A DNA stretch of 49,500 nt from a virus (taxonomy: Duplodnaviria; Caudoviricetes), in the IMG/VR virus record IMGVR_UViG_3300020042_002050, positions 1 to 49,500 of that record. One strand, given 5' to 3'. Below the pieces are notes generated by a model. That model saw nothing but the letters and a program-made list of their open reading frames with translations, was not told the origin of the DNA and ran no database searches. Positions 35,691-45,224 of this stretch are shown here, in pieces. Made by a program: the position numbers and the translations under genes. Positions within the stretch are counted from its first letter, which is position 1; every line of letters begins with the position of its first letter.

Positions 35691-36682
35691 GCTGTGTATG
35701 TCCCAGAGGCTGTGAAGGTGTGGATGGTGTACCCGCCCGAAGAGGTTACTGTTCCGCCTGTGCCACGTTGTGCGCCAGAGTAGCGAATAATAACGATACC
35801 AGAGCCACCAGTACCTGCGCCAACATAACCCGCTCCGCCGCCGCCGCCGGTATTGGTTGTTCCGCTTACACCAGTTCCAGAAACTGCGCCGCCGCCAGCG
35901 CCGCCACCACCAGAACCGCCAGTACCAGCACTTGATGTTTCAGAACCGCCGCCGCCGCCCCCTGCACGAGTTACGGCAGAACCTGTGATTGACGAAGAAA
36001 CACCAGCGCCACCATTACCACCACTCGCTGAAGACGATGCTGGAGAAACGCCAACAGCACCTGCGCCTCCACCACCGCCACCGGGGTAATTAGGGCTGCT
36101 ATATGAGCCAGAAGCGCCGCCAGCATATCCTTGAAGGGAAGTTCCAGAACCGCCAGCGCCTAAGTTTTGACCACCACCACCACCAGAGCCACCAGATAGT
36201 CCTGAGTAGGGGGCCACACTCGAACTTGCTCCACCACCACCACCAACTGATGTGATTGTTCCAAATAAAGAGTCAGAGCCGCTGGTTCCCTTTACGGTTG
36301 AACCTGATGAGCCAGCTCCGCCAGCGCCAACCGTCACCACATAAGCGGAACCAGAGTTAATGGTTAAAGTCGTCTCTGCGCTTCCGCCACCACCGGATGA
36401 CTCTCCAGTTACAGATGAGCGGTACCCGCCTGCGCCGCCGCCGCCTGCGCCGCCATAACCGCCTCGACCCCCTCCGCCGCCACCAGCGACAACCAAGTAT
36501 TGAACTGAATATGGAATTCCGTCACTAAATGAAACCCATGCCGCCACCGTAGCGCTATACCATTCAGGGGAGCCAAGAGTTGTGTTAAACCCCTGCATCC
36601 CGTTAAAAGGCGAAACAGGGCGCGTAGCCGTAGTCCAATTGGTAGGCCCAAATCCGTTTGAGTTTACTTGGCTGATAGCCAT
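35687..36682 (-). CDS. Glycine-rich tail/virion protein
   Basis: YLVVAGGGGGG...GGGGAGG, NTGGGGG, GSGIVIIRY, YTIHTFT.SGT. Confidence 0.8.
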   Translation of the reverse strand: MAISQVNSNGFGPTNWTTATRPVSPFNGMQGFNTTLGSPEWYSATVAAWVSFSDGIPYSVQYLVVAGGGGGGRGGYGGAGGGGAGGYRSSVTGESSGGGGSAETTLTINSGSAYVVTVGAGGAGSSGSTVKGTSGSDSLFGTITSVGGGGGASSSVAPYSGLSGGSGGGGGQNLGAGGSGTSLQGYAGGASGSYSSPNYPGGGGGGAGAVGVSPASSSASGGNGGAGVSSSITGSAVTRAGGGGGGSETSSAGTGGSGGGGAGGGAVSGTGVSGTTNTGGGGGAGYVGAGTGGSGIVIIRYSGAQRGTGGTVTSSGGYTIHTFTASGTYTA

Positions 36683-36683
36683 A

Positions 36684-37037
36684 TTAAGCCCTTGTTACTT
36701 CTTTCCAAGACGTAGTTGTCTCATCCCACTCGTAGACCTTATCGTCTGTTGGCATCGGTGTCGGTGCGCCCCATAGACAAGTCTCATCGTTTAGCACCCA
36801 GCTTGCAAACGGCTTTGGTGGGATGAATGCGTCTTTTATGCGGTCGTAGGAGTAACCAATACCTGCGTAGTTTTTACGCAGTGGAGTACCGCCGTTACGG
36901 TGCTGACCGCCGTGCGTGTTGTACGAAGTCTGAAGCCACTCACCGGGGCTTGAGTCCACGAATGTTTGGAAGAACTCAGGTTCAGCAACAATAACTTGTG
37001 TGACCTTGCCGTCTACTACTTTTGCAAAATGCGACAT
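36684..37037 (-). CDS. Partner of glycine-rich tail protein
   Basis: MSHFAKV, W.QTSYN, RKNYAGIGY.YD...DAFIPPKPF.SW. Confidence 0.75.
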   Translation of the reverse strand: MSHFAKVVDGKVTQVIVAEPEFFQTFVDSSPGEWLQTSYNTHGGQHRNGGTPLRKNYAGIGYSYDRIKDAFIPPKPFASWVLNDETCLWGAPTPMPTDDKVYEWDETTTSWKEVTRA

Positions 37038-37040
37038 TTT

Positions 37041-37310
37041 TTATCCCTTTGGGTACTTGGCTTTAACCGCTAGGCAGTCGGCAATGTATTTGTCAATCTG
37101 CGCTTGGTCGCCCTTGACTACCCCATCAAGGTAGTCGGTGTATGGGGGGTACTCTGGAGTGCGTTTGTCTTTGTAGGCGTTGGCATCCATGTAGGCTTGA
37201 ACAGCAGCCGCGTCATATATGACTTGATTACCCGCTTCATCAAACGCATCATCACCTCGTGTAACCACAACCTGCGGATACAAAACTCGGATAGCAGTAG
37301 TTTTAATCAT
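37041..37310 (-). CDS. Tail fibre assembly chaperone
   Basis: Y...R..EYP...D.LD......VKAKYPK motif. Confidence 0.75.
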   Translation of the reverse strand: MIKTTAIRVLYPQVVVTRGDDAFDEAGNQVIYDAAAVQAYMDANAYKDKRTPEYPPYTDYLDGVVKGDQAQIDKYIADCLAVKAKYPKG

Positions 37311-38146
37311 CCTGCAATCTCCATCAAAGTAAGTGTCGATAGATGTGGATACCCGGTGTAATTAATTGTTGGATAAGTAAAAGGAGACGCAGAGGTGGTT
37401 GTGTTGAACTCAATGGTATACGTTGTCGATGAAGTTGTAGCTGGTGAGTCCAAGTAACTTAAAGAAATTGGATAACTTAGATCAACAATTGCCGTTACAT
37501 TATTTGTAAGCGTATCTGTCATCAAAATAGTCCCAGAATTTTTATTTATGCGAATACCCGCTTGTAAACCATTTGAAGAGCCAAATCTAATAGGAGAGTA
37601 AGTTAAAATTAAAATTTTGCTTGTACTACTTGTAGGTGTAATAGCTTGCGATAAACCTGTTGAAACAAATGTTGCAGACGAATTAGATGTTTGTGTTGAA
37701 GTTGTCATTTGCACCACTTGCAGTACAGAACCCACTGGTAACCTTGCTTTTGGCAATGTTCCAGTTGAAAGATCAGTCGCAGAGCCAGAAGTTGCAACCG
37801 TGGCAAGACCAGATACGTTTGCCGAAGGTACTGCCAATGATGCCGATAATGAAGTTGTGGTAACAGTGCCCTGACCCGGTGCAATCACCTGAGTTATTGG
37901 GCTTGTGTAATACACATAAATGTTGTTAGTCCCGCTCAACGGAGCAGACGTAAATGTTATGGTGCTACCACTAACCGTGTATGCCGAACTGGGGTTCTGG
38001 GCTACGTTGTCAATCGTGACTTGGACTTGGGCCACAGACGCAACTGGGCGAGACAGTGTGAATGCCGTGGCAGAGCCTGTACCACTGAAGTAATCAATGG
38101 CTGGCGTGAAAGCCTGTGTGGTGTTGGTGTTGCCTATAAAAGCCAT
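37307..38146 (-). CDS. Tail fibre protein
   Basis: MAFIGN...FSG.G adaptor; GSVLQVVQ, ITPTSSTSKILI, LDSPATTS..TY, TLMEIAG. Confidence 0.8.
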   Translation of the reverse strand: MAFIGNTNTTQAFTPAIDYFSGTGSATAFTLSRPVASVAQVQVTIDNVAQNPSSAYTVSGSTITFTSAPLSGTNNIYVYYTSPITQVIAPGQGTVTTTSLSASLAVPSANVSGLATVATSGSATDLSTGTLPKARLPVGSVLQVVQMTTSTQTSNSSATFVSTGLSQAITPTSSTSKILILTYSPIRFGSSNGLQAGIRINKNSGTILMTDTLTNNVTAIVDLSYPISLSYLDSPATTSSTTYTIEFNTTTSASPFTYPTINYTGYPHLSTLTLMEIAG

Positions 38147-38472
38147 CAAGCAATCTCCAGCAGGGAGCAAACGACATCCGCAGACGTTGCTGCCGAAGTC
38201 ACAACAAGCAGCACATCCGTTGGCTCAAGCACAACCTTCTGGTCGCCACCCACAATGACAAGCGAACCGCCCACGGGGACAGTAGCCGTCTTAACCAAGT
38301 AGTAGTTCACCGCGCTGGAGGTGATGTACGCATCGCAGGTAATAGGAGACGCCGAAGTGTTGGCTATCGAGAACCCGATGATGGTGGTCTGCGTTGAAGC
38401 TGGGCAGGTATAGACCGTAGCGGCGGATGTGCCTACGTTTTTGCTCAGGAAGTTTTTAAATGTATTAGCCAT
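38146..38472 (-). CDS. Virion structural protein
   Basis: MANTFKN...YT.P...T.IIG...N...; ends S.LEI. Confidence 0.7.
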   Translation of the reverse strand: MANTFKNFLSKNVGTSAATVYTCPASTQTTIIGFSIANTSASPITCDAYITSSAVNYYLVKTATVPVGGSLVIVGGDQKVVLEPTDVLLVVTSAATSADVVCSLLEIA

Positions 38473-38475
38473 GAT

Positions 38476-39303
38476 TTATCCTAACGCAATTGCAAGAGCT
38501 ACGGCTGTTCCCGCAGGGTCTACTTGAAGATTAGTTTGGGCACCAGCCACTGTAGTAGCGCCTGTACCGCCATTAGCTAATGGAAGTGTTCCAGTTACAC
38601 CCGTAGATAAGGGTAAACCCGTAGCAGAACTTAGTATCGGCGCAAATGATTTTTCCCACAGGCTGGTGCTGGTGTTGTAGACCAGAGTCTGTCCATTGCT
38701 CGGGGATTGCGCCGACACGTTGTGCAACTCATCCATCTCGTAGCCGTTTTGCACCTTGACCAGTAACTTACCCTGAGTCGGATGGGCATGGGCAACCACC
38801 GCCATATAGACCAAATGCTGTGGTGCATAGGGCTTGGTGGCCGTCAAAGTTCCTGCTGTAGTTGGGCTGAGATAAAGCTGCGCCCCGTCCGTAAAAGCTG
38901 ATGTATTAATGTTGGCGAGCAAGCCGATGATAGTTACGTAGCCATTGGCGTTGTTCGCTAAGTCAGCCGTAATTAAACCCAAGGTCTGTGCGGATGTGGC
39001 GTCACCTGTTGCCAAGGCTTTAGAAACCGTCGGCGTTTGCCCCGTAGCCCCAGAAATATAGACCGCCGTGCCCTTGGTTAGAGTCGCGCCAGTGGTATTG
39101 CGCACTTGCTCAACCAGTACAGATGCGGGGGAGGTTAGTGAAACGCTAAGGTCTAGCGACGCCCCGGTTCCAGTTATAACAACAGAGCCGTCCGCAGACG
39201 CAAGCGTCTCAACCTTCTCTAGATTGAGGTTGTTAAAGTTGGCATCGACCTCCGCATTGGTTAGCGGAGTTCCTTTAACCGAGCGAAGAACAATGGTTGA
39301 CAT
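38476..39303 (-). CDS. Tail fibre-like/adaptor protein
   Basis: KG.PLTNAEVDANF.NLN N-terminus; ends AVALAIALG. Confidence 0.7.
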   Translation of the reverse strand: MSTIVLRSVKGTPLTNAEVDANFNNLNLEKVETLASADGSVVITGTGASLDLSVSLTSPASVLVEQVRNTTGATLTKGTAVYISGATGQTPTVSKALATGDATSAQTLGLITADLANNANGYVTIIGLLANINTSAFTDGAQLYLSPTTAGTLTATKPYAPQHLVYMAVVAHAHPTQGKLLVKVQNGYEMDELHNVSAQSPSNGQTLVYNTSTSLWEKSFAPILSSATGLPLSTGVTGTLPLANGGTGATTVAGAQTNLQVDPAGTAVALAIALG

Positions 39304-39313
39304 TAGCTAATCC

Positions 39314-39760
39314 TTAGCTGACGGTGATTGTCCAAGTTATGCTCATCGCGTCTGCCGCGCCTTTGTTGACGACTGAGAAGACAGTGCGGCAGAGCATTGT
39401 ACCCGCGCTAGCAGCGTTGAACACACCTGCCTCTGTAACAGCGCCAGTGCCTGTTCCGGCTGGAAAACTTGCTACGTACGTAACAACATTGGTCGATGCA
39501 GTGCCACTGGTTAGCGCAACACGCGAACTACCAATAGCAGTCTGCAAAGTAGTGTCGCCAACCGCTGCGGCTGTAGTCCCGGTGCCTAGCTCCATGAACC
39601 CCATGACAGTGGCCGAAACCCCAACCATGCGCGAAGCAATAAATGTTTTGCCTGCTGTGACAACAAGATTTTTTATTTCTCGGGTATCAGTTACAGTTCC
39701 ATCCGCACCGATGATGTCAATTTTGACATCGCCCGTGATTTTAATAGCGTCGTTTACCAT
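39314..39760 (-). CDS. Tail structural protein
   Basis: KNLVVT.G, GTGTTAA...DT.L, TEAG.FNA...GTML.R.VF.V.NK. Confidence 0.7.
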   Translation of the reverse strand: MVNDAIKITGDVKIDIIGADGTVTDTREIKNLVVTAGKTFIASRMVGVSATVMGFMELGTGTTAAAVGDTTLQTAIGSSRVALTSGTASTNVVTYVASFPAGTGTGAVTEAGVFNAASAGTMLCRTVFSVVNKGAADAMSITWTITVS

Positions 39761-39773
39761 AAAATACTCCTAC

Positions 39774-40463
39774 TTAAAAAGTTCTGGATTCCCCGACATA
39801 ATCTTCGGCAAAATAGGTCAGATCACAATATCCTTGAGAGGTGACTGTACCACTGTCTGCTAGAGAGATCAAGTCTGAAAGCCCCTTGGCGTTATCCACC
39901 ACAGAGCTATCTGAGGCTGAAACTGTGTTGTTTGTGAAATCAGCGAAAGAAAATGTCGGCCCTGCGGCGTCTGACAAGTCGTTTAACGCAAAAGAATCAG
40001 TCAGAGCCTTGTCTATTGAGAGCGCAGACGTTTCACTTGCAGCGACCGTATCTGAATAAGCTGGGCTAACAAGCAGCGTATTGTCATCTGCCAAACTAGC
40101 CGTATCTGCAAACTCGCGGATAAAGATCAAGACCGTCAGCACACTGTCACCCATCGTGGCCGTGTCGGCTAAAACTTTGTCAGCGCTTAAAGTCGTGTTG
40201 TCAGTTGCCGCAAATGTATCAGCGTCTGCTACTTTGGCTGTGCTAAAGCTGGTGGAATCAGCAATGTTAAAGATGTCAGTGGTGTACTTAAACCGGCCCG
40301 TTGTATCTAAATACGCTCCAACTACAAGAAGGATATACGCAACATTGACAACTGGGTACGCACTGGTAATACCTGCTATCGGGATAACTGTAGCAACGCT
40401 CGCCCTCAGTCTGACTGAAGAGGACGCCGCAGAAATGCTATTCCCAATAATTTGTGCAGGCAT
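39774..40463 (-). CDS. Acidic Ser/Thr/Ala-rich repeat virion protein
   Basis: Repeated D..S..D units; C-terminal YFAEDYVG. Confidence 0.6.
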   Translation of the reverse strand: MPAQIIGNSISAASSSVRLRASVATVIPIAGITSAYPVVNVAYILLVVGAYLDTTGRFKYTTDIFNIADSTSFSTAKVADADTFAATDNTTLSADKVLADTATMGDSVLTVLIFIREFADTASLADDNTLLVSPAYSDTVAASETSALSIDKALTDSFALNDLSDAAGPTFSFADFTNNTVSASDSSVVDNAKGLSDLISLADSGTVTSQGYCDLTYFAEDYVGESRTF

Positions 40464-40795
40464 TAAAAATCACTCCGCACCTTGAATTTCAAAAGGTCAT
40501 AGACAGTCTGAATCTGGCCGTCCGAAAACGTAATCTGTATCTCACCCTCGTAGTCACCAGCGTCGCCGGTTAGCATTTCAGGCGCAGAAGCGGGGTAGAA
40601 AACAACGACCCCATTGGGGCCATCGGTTACAACACCCGTAACTGTTGCTTGCAAAGTCGTAGACCCAGCGGCGCGGAACTTCAGCAAAACCGTAGCGCCT
40701 GTCAAAGCAACGATTGCACCAGTCGTGTCGTCTGTGATTGCACAGACTACTGCTGGGCGGGTATCGTCCTGAACTAACCTAATTTTTTCAGTCAT
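40463..40795 (-). CDS. BppU-like N-terminal domain protein
   Basis: LVQDDT.P, LTGATV, G.YEGE..ITF.DG..QTV. Confidence 0.65.
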   Translation of the reverse strand: MTEKIRLVQDDTRPAVVCAITDDTTGAIVALTGATVLLKFRAAGSTTLQATVTGVVTDGPNGVVVFYPASAPEMLTGDAGDYEGEIQITFSDGQIQTVYDLLKFKVRSDF

Positions 40796-40804
40796 GGTGT
40801 TTCC

Positions 40805-41416
40805 TCAAGCAGCAGGGCGCTGGCGTACCATAAGATGGACACCGCGAAAATCTCGAATACGTGCGTTGGTAATAGCGCGTTCGTACAGACCCTTGTGCAT
40901 GCCAGCCATGGTTATATCAGACCACTCCTTACCGGGGATCATAGCCAGCTGCGCAATGGCACCACTCACAATAGTGTCTGCAAAAGTTTCGTATATCCAG
41001 TCCTCAACACCCGTACCAGAGCGGTTTGGCTTGAGTACAGCGTATACCTTGAGGGTTGTGCGGGCTTCCGGTGTAGGAAATACTCGGATGCTGTTGTCGG
41101 CGTAAATCCAGTATTCGCGTGGTTCGCCAACCTCATCCAGTTTTTCAGCACCAATAATCCGCAAGTCTGTGCGTGTCAATGGTGTCTCGTTGTACACCAC
41201 TGAAATTACGCTTTCGACAAGCCCGGTGTCCGTGTCCAAGTCGTAGTCGACTTGATTGGGGGCTATGTAGATCGCGTCGATCTGTTCCCGCCACAAGTAC
41301 GTACGGGCAAAGAAATCCGCAGCCGTAGAAGCCAGATACAAACGCATAGATGCGTTAAGGCATCCGGGCAGATGCGGTGAAATCAAGGGAATAAAATCAT
41401 CCCAAATTTTAGCCAT
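40805..41416 (-). CDS. Head-tail connector/adaptor-like protein
   Basis: P.LPGC...A.DFF..T..WR; I..GA...L...PGK.WS; position after capsid genes. Confidence 0.6.
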   Translation of the reverse strand: MAKIWDDFIPLISPHLPGCLNASMRLYLASTAADFFARTYLWREQIDAIYIAPNQVDYDLDTDTGLVESVISVVYNETPLTRTDLRIIGAEKLDEVGEPREYWIYADNSIRVFPTPEARTTLKVYAVLKPNRSGTGVEDWIYETFADTIVSGAIAQLAMIPGKEWSDITMAGMHKGLYERAITNARIRDFRGVHLMVRQRPAA

Positions 41417-42093
41417 TACGCGACTCCCGGCTGCGAAGCAGCATTAGCTTGAGCAGATACGCCAAGCGAACTTTGAAAGGCTTGGAAATGGCCTACCGCA
41501 CGGGCAGCATTACCCTGCTGCTCTGCGTCTTTCGTATAAGCCCGATACAGCATGTAGTCAAGCAGCGAATTAGCAAAAGAATCGTCGATGCGGATCACCT
41601 CTGCCGTAGCTGTGTTGCTAAGCTGAACATCAGACAGGGTGTGTGGCGTGGGTACTTGCGCGTAAGCTATTTCTAGTCGAGCAGTTGTCGTAGCTGGGGG
41701 GTAGACAAGAAATTCTTTTGGTTGCCTAGCGTCAAACATATACTTTTCGACGCTGACAGACGCTGTTTCCGTGTACCAACCTTTACGCTGATCGTCAAGT
41801 CCACGCCTGTCCACAAGCCGCACAGCGTACTTATTGGAAGTAGCAGCGGTGTTCCGCACGACAGAAATAAGGCGTGTCGCGTTAGGAAACACGGTAGTGA
41901 TAACTTGGCGTGGCCCATCTACGCAAGCAAACTCGGCAGTAATGGTATTAGAGTCGGGGCGAACAATTAGCGTTTCACGATACCCGTCGTTTAACCAGTA
42001 CTGTAGTTCCGACAATGACCATCGTACAGAATCCTCGTCTTGGAGGATTGTCTTTGCCCGTTCAATCAGGTCAACTACTTTTACGATAGCCAT
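41416..42093 (-). CDS. Head-tail adaptor (DUF6682-like)
   Basis: LQD...VRW...EL..WLNDG......RPD; F.VYPP; L.DY.LYRAY.KD.E. Confidence 0.7.
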   Translation of the reverse strand: MAIVKVVDLIERAKTILQDEDSVRWSLSELQYWLNDGYRETLIVRPDSNTITAEFACVDGPRQVITTVFPNATRLISVVRNTAATSNKYAVRLVDRRGLDDQRKGWYTETASVSVEKYMFDARQPKEFLVYPPATTTARLEIAYAQVPTPHTLSDVQLSNTATAEVIRIDDSFANSLLDYMLYRAYTKDAEQQGNAARAVGHFQAFQSSLGVSAQANAASQPGVA

Positions 42094-42101
42094 GGTTTAC
42101 C

Positions 42102-42404
42102 TCACTTTTCAGGCGCTACTTCGCTTGATTCTACCGCAATAGACTCAACTACGGTAACAGACTCAACTACCGCAACAGGTTCGACTGGGGTTTCTTTTAC
42201 TTTACGGGTGCGGCTACTCTTGCTCTCGGCTTCAGCCGCAGCTTCGTTAGAGTGCGTGTTAGCCAACTCTTGGCCCTCATCCGTATACACCCATTCGTCG
42301 CCATTCATGCGAGCCAAGATAACAATCTTGCCATCAACTACAGCGCGGGCTTTGTTTGCGAGAATTTCGCCATTAAGACGAGATAACAGGTCGACTACGT
42401 TCAT
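42102..42404 (-). CDS. Hypothetical protein
   Basis: ATG 42404 with GGAG SD. Confidence 0.65.
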   Translation of the reverse strand: MNVVDLLSRLNGEILANKARAVVDGKIVILARMNGDEWVYTDEGQELANTHSNEAAAEAESKSSRTRKVKETPVEPVAVVESVTVVESIAVESSEVAPEK

Positions 42405-42421
42405 TTGATACTCCAAAATGT

Positions 42422-42446
42422 AAAAGGGGCTCCGAAGAGCCCCTTT
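42422..42446 (-). terminator. Rho-independent terminator
   Basis: AAAGGGGCTC-TTCG-GAGCCCCTTTT (cUUCGg loop). Confidence 0.8.
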
Positions 42447-42459
42447 ATTGTGCCACCGA

Positions 42460-42792
42460 TTAAGCGCTAAGAACAGCGCCCCAGTTTTCACTGCCCAAGC
42501 TGATGTAAGCACCAGACATGTTAGCGGCCAAAGCCTTGGTTGCATTGGCAGAACCGTTGTTGATCTTGCCACCAGTGGCAGGATACACGTTCAACGAAGC
42601 AGCCGAGCTATTAACGATGTAGACCACATCGCCAACAGGACGCTCAGCAGGCAACATAACGCCGTCGGCGGCAGTGCCAGTAGTGACGAAATTAACAGCA
42701 CCAGTCAGCGCAGTAGCACCGGCCTGAGTTTGCGTTGTACCAGCTGTAGCTGTGGCGTATCCGCCGATGCTACGAGAAAATTGAGTAGACAT
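42460..42792 (-). CDS. Putative capsid decoration protein
   Basis: Small Ala/Gly/Thr-rich beta protein directly after the capsid gene. Confidence 0.55.
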   Translation of the reverse strand: MSTQFSRSIGGYATATAGTTQTQAGATALTGAVNFVTTGTAADGVMLPAERPVGDVVYIVNSSAASLNVYPATGGKINNGSANATKALAANMSGAYISLGSENWGAVLSA

Positions 42793-42815
42793 ATTGATCT
42801 CCAAAAATAAAGATT

Positions 42816-42836
42816 AAAAATAGGGGCCGAAGCCCC
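42816..42836 (-). terminator. Rho-independent terminator after capsid gene
   Basis: GGGGC-TTCG-GCCCC-TATTTTT. Confidence 0.75.
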
Positions 42837-42842
42837 CACTTA

Positions 42843-43844
42843 TTAGCTGGCAGAGCCAACCTGAGCCATTACCAGAGCTTCTGGCTTGACAGTCTTGCGA
42901 CCGTACACAGCCAAACCACGGACGATATCGCCGAAGTCAGTCTGGTTACGCAGTGGCTCGGTCTTGTTCACGGTCATGGCGAAGGACATTGCTGCCTTGG
43001 TGCCAGCCATCATGGTACGACGAGCCTTAGCGCTAGACACAGCACCGCCGGTAGCTGGGTCAGTAAGACCAGCAACCAGTGCTTTGCCAGCAGCGCCGCG
43101 TGGCAGCAAGTTGGACACGTATACAGTGAAGCGATCCAACATACCGATCTTGCCGCTACGGATGGTCGACTGAGCGTCGCCAGTGAAGTAGGCTTGAGCG
43201 ATGTTAGATTGCATCAACAGGTGACGGTCAAACGGGCTGATAATTAACCAGCGGCCATCTTCAGGCACGTTCTGCTCATCCAGCACTGTGGACATACGCA
43301 AGATAACCTTTAGCACGTTCTCAGGCGTAGCTTGGTCGATGGGGGTAACGTCTGTGCCCAAGTTGTAGGCAGCAGAGATAGCACCAGCGGTAGCGCCTTC
43401 GTTAGCAGCGGCAGGGCCTTCGGTAATCAGATTGTTGAAGAAAACTTCGTTCTCAATCGAGATTTTCAACTGCTTAGCAGCGTCTTCGGTGAACATGTTC
43501 ATCAGGTTCATGTCGGACTGATAAGACAGCACGTCGTTGACTTGCACGCCGAAGTACTTGCCCTTGTTCACTTGCATATCTTGGAAGATAGGAGTGGGGA
43601 CTTCGTACGACAGGTTCTGACCAACGGTGTAGTCGGAGATGCTGATCGAAGGAGCCAGACGGATACGGATGGTATCGCCTTGATTCTTCAACTCGCCTTC
43701 GTAATCGGTGTTAGCGATTTCCGACAACATGGTGTTCTGGTAGAACTTGGCAAGCAATTTGCCAGACCACAAGGTGGGGATAAATGCACCGGAATACGAG
43801 GTACTCGTATTAAACGGGGCTTGGACAGGATAAACAGCAGCCAT
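42843..43844 (-). CDS. Major capsid protein
   Basis: FIP.LWSGKL...NTDYEGE....GDT..I; LDEQNVPEDGRW; F.DIVRGL.VYG.K.VKPEA; AGGAGG SD. Confidence 0.9.
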   Translation of the reverse strand: MAAVYPVQAPFNTSTSYSGAFIPTLWSGKLLAKFYQNTMLSEIANTDYEGELKNQGDTIRIRLAPSISISDYTVGQNLSYEVPTPIFQDMQVNKGKYFGVQVNDVLSYQSDMNLMNMFTEDAAKQLKISIENEVFFNNLITEGPAAANEGATAGAISAAYNLGTDVTPIDQATPENVLKVILRMSTVLDEQNVPEDGRWLIISPFDRHLLMQSNIAQAYFTGDAQSTIRSGKIGMLDRFTVYVSNLLPRGAAGKALVAGLTDPATGGAVSSAKARRTMMAGTKAAMSFAMTVNKTEPLRNQTDFGDIVRGLAVYGRKTVKPEALVMAQVGSAS

Positions 43845-43894
43845 GATGGCCTCCTAAAAAGTTAAACAGGTTGGGTAGATACTTTGCCCACGGA

Positions 43895-44854
43895 TTACGC
43901 AGTTACGCGACCTTCCATAAACGCTGCATCAATTTCAGCTTCAAGTTTCTTTGCCGCGTCGGTTTGCCCTCGGATACCCAGATCAGTAGCCTTGCGAAAC
44001 ATTTTTTCAATGTCTGCATTGGTGTACATCTTGCCTTTTTGTGAGTTAGGCGGGGTACTCGTAGCGCTCCTATTCGGCTGAATTTGAAGTTCAAGCTCGT
44101 TGGTTTTGTCGGCAGTGGGCTCTACGGAACTAATACTCTGTCTAAACAGACTTACGTAGTGTGCTACTCCTTCAGCGTCGCCTCGGTTGAACGCTTGCTG
44201 TGCAACAGAAGATCGTGGGGCTCGGAGCAACGGGTCAATTTCGTTAAGCCAGTTAATCCACTGGGGATCAGTGTTAACTGCTGCGAAATCCGGCACCATA
44301 CGGTACAGACGTTGCTCAAAACCTGCTTCAGACACTTGAGTATCGGTACTGTTAAGCTGCTCTCGCAACTTACCATTCTCGGCCCTCATGGCGTCTAGCT
44401 CACCTCGAAACTCTGCTGCCACTTCGCGGGCAACTTTGCGCTGGACTTCAATTAAGTCCGAACCAAATGCTTCAACATCAGCATCAGTCACCAGCTTTTC
44501 CGCCACGGCGGGCTTTGCTTGCTCGGCAGGCTTGGTCTCTGCGGCTTTGCGGAGGTTATCCACTTGGGCCTTGAGATCACGCATGTCGGCGTGCAAACGA
44601 GGAACTTCGGCATCGTACATACCCTTAAGGGTTTTGTACTTCTGCTCCCATTTCTCTTCCGCCACGACTGGTTCAGTCGGTGTCGGCGTTGGCTCAACAG
44701 GTTTTGGCTCTGCGGGCGCGGGCTGTGGGTCTTGGGGAGGCTCTGCTGGCGTTTGGTTAGGCGCTGCGGGTGCAGGGTTTTGGCCTTCGGCTAGCTGCTT
44801 TTCCAGTGCTTCCAGTTCACGTAACTGAGCTTCTACTTGTCTTGGCAATGCCAT
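43895..44854 (-). CDS. Capsid scaffolding protein
   Basis: Pro-rich N-terminus; WEQKYKTLKGMYDAEVP; coiled coil; ends EID.A..EGRV; directly upstream of capsid gene. Confidence 0.75.
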   Translation of the reverse strand: MALPRQVEAQLRELEALEKQLAEGQNPAPAAPNQTPAEPPQDPQPAPAEPKPVEPTPTPTEPVVAEEKWEQKYKTLKGMYDAEVPRLHADMRDLKAQVDNLRKAAETKPAEQAKPAVAEKLVTDADVEAFGSDLIEVQRKVAREVAAEFRGELDAMRAENGKLREQLNSTDTQVSEAGFEQRLYRMVPDFAAVNTDPQWINWLNEIDPLLRAPRSSVAQQAFNRGDAEGVAHYVSLFRQSISSVEPTADKTNELELQIQPNRSATSTPPNSQKGKMYTNADIEKMFRKATDLGIRGQTDAAKKLEAEIDAAFMEGRVTA

Positions 44855-44945
44855 TCAATTCTCCTTGGGCTCCAACTCTGCTTAGGGCTCCTACTTCGGT
44901 CTGCCGTCAACATAATGGTTTGCTCGGATTTACAAAAAATACGAA

Positions 44946-45188
44946 TCATTTGATTCGCTCGAAAACCTCTGACGATTTTTCAACCGCTTCGAGGAAATCT
45001 GATAAGGCCTGAGCCTGACCTTGAAGCCGGTACAGTCGGTGTTGTTCTTCTACAACAACTAAGGAAAGTTTAATTTCCTCTAGCTTTGTTTTGAACAGCG
45101 CGAGTAGCGGCTCATTTTCTTGCAGCTTGCATCGTATTAACGTTTGCATGTGCTGCCGGTCAGGCTTTTGGCCTATAAAAATCTTCAT
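44946..45188 (-). CDS. Conserved small protein between portal and scaffold
   Basis: LYRLQG.AQAL.D motif. Confidence 0.7.
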   Translation of the reverse strand: MKIFIGQKPDRQHMQTLIRCKLQENEPLLALFKTKLEEIKLSLVVVEEQHRLYRLQGQAQALSDFLEAVEKSSEVFERIK

Positions 45189-45194
45189 GTGTTG

Positions 45195-45224
45195 ATTCTA
45201 TACAACAAATTGGTAAAAAGTCAA
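45195..45224 (-). promoter_or_regulatory. Sigma70-like promoter (leaderless candidate)
   Basis: TTGACT-18 bp-TAGAAT-6 nt-ATG. Confidence 0.6.

Noticed and set aside
35687-36682. CCG/CCA-rich repeats as a repeat array
   Set aside because: Fully explained by poly-Gly codons on the - strand.
33381-39303. Diversity-generating retroelement or invertible tail cassette
   Set aside because: No reverse transcriptase, adenine-specific TR/VR pair, invertase or flanking inverted repeats were seen.
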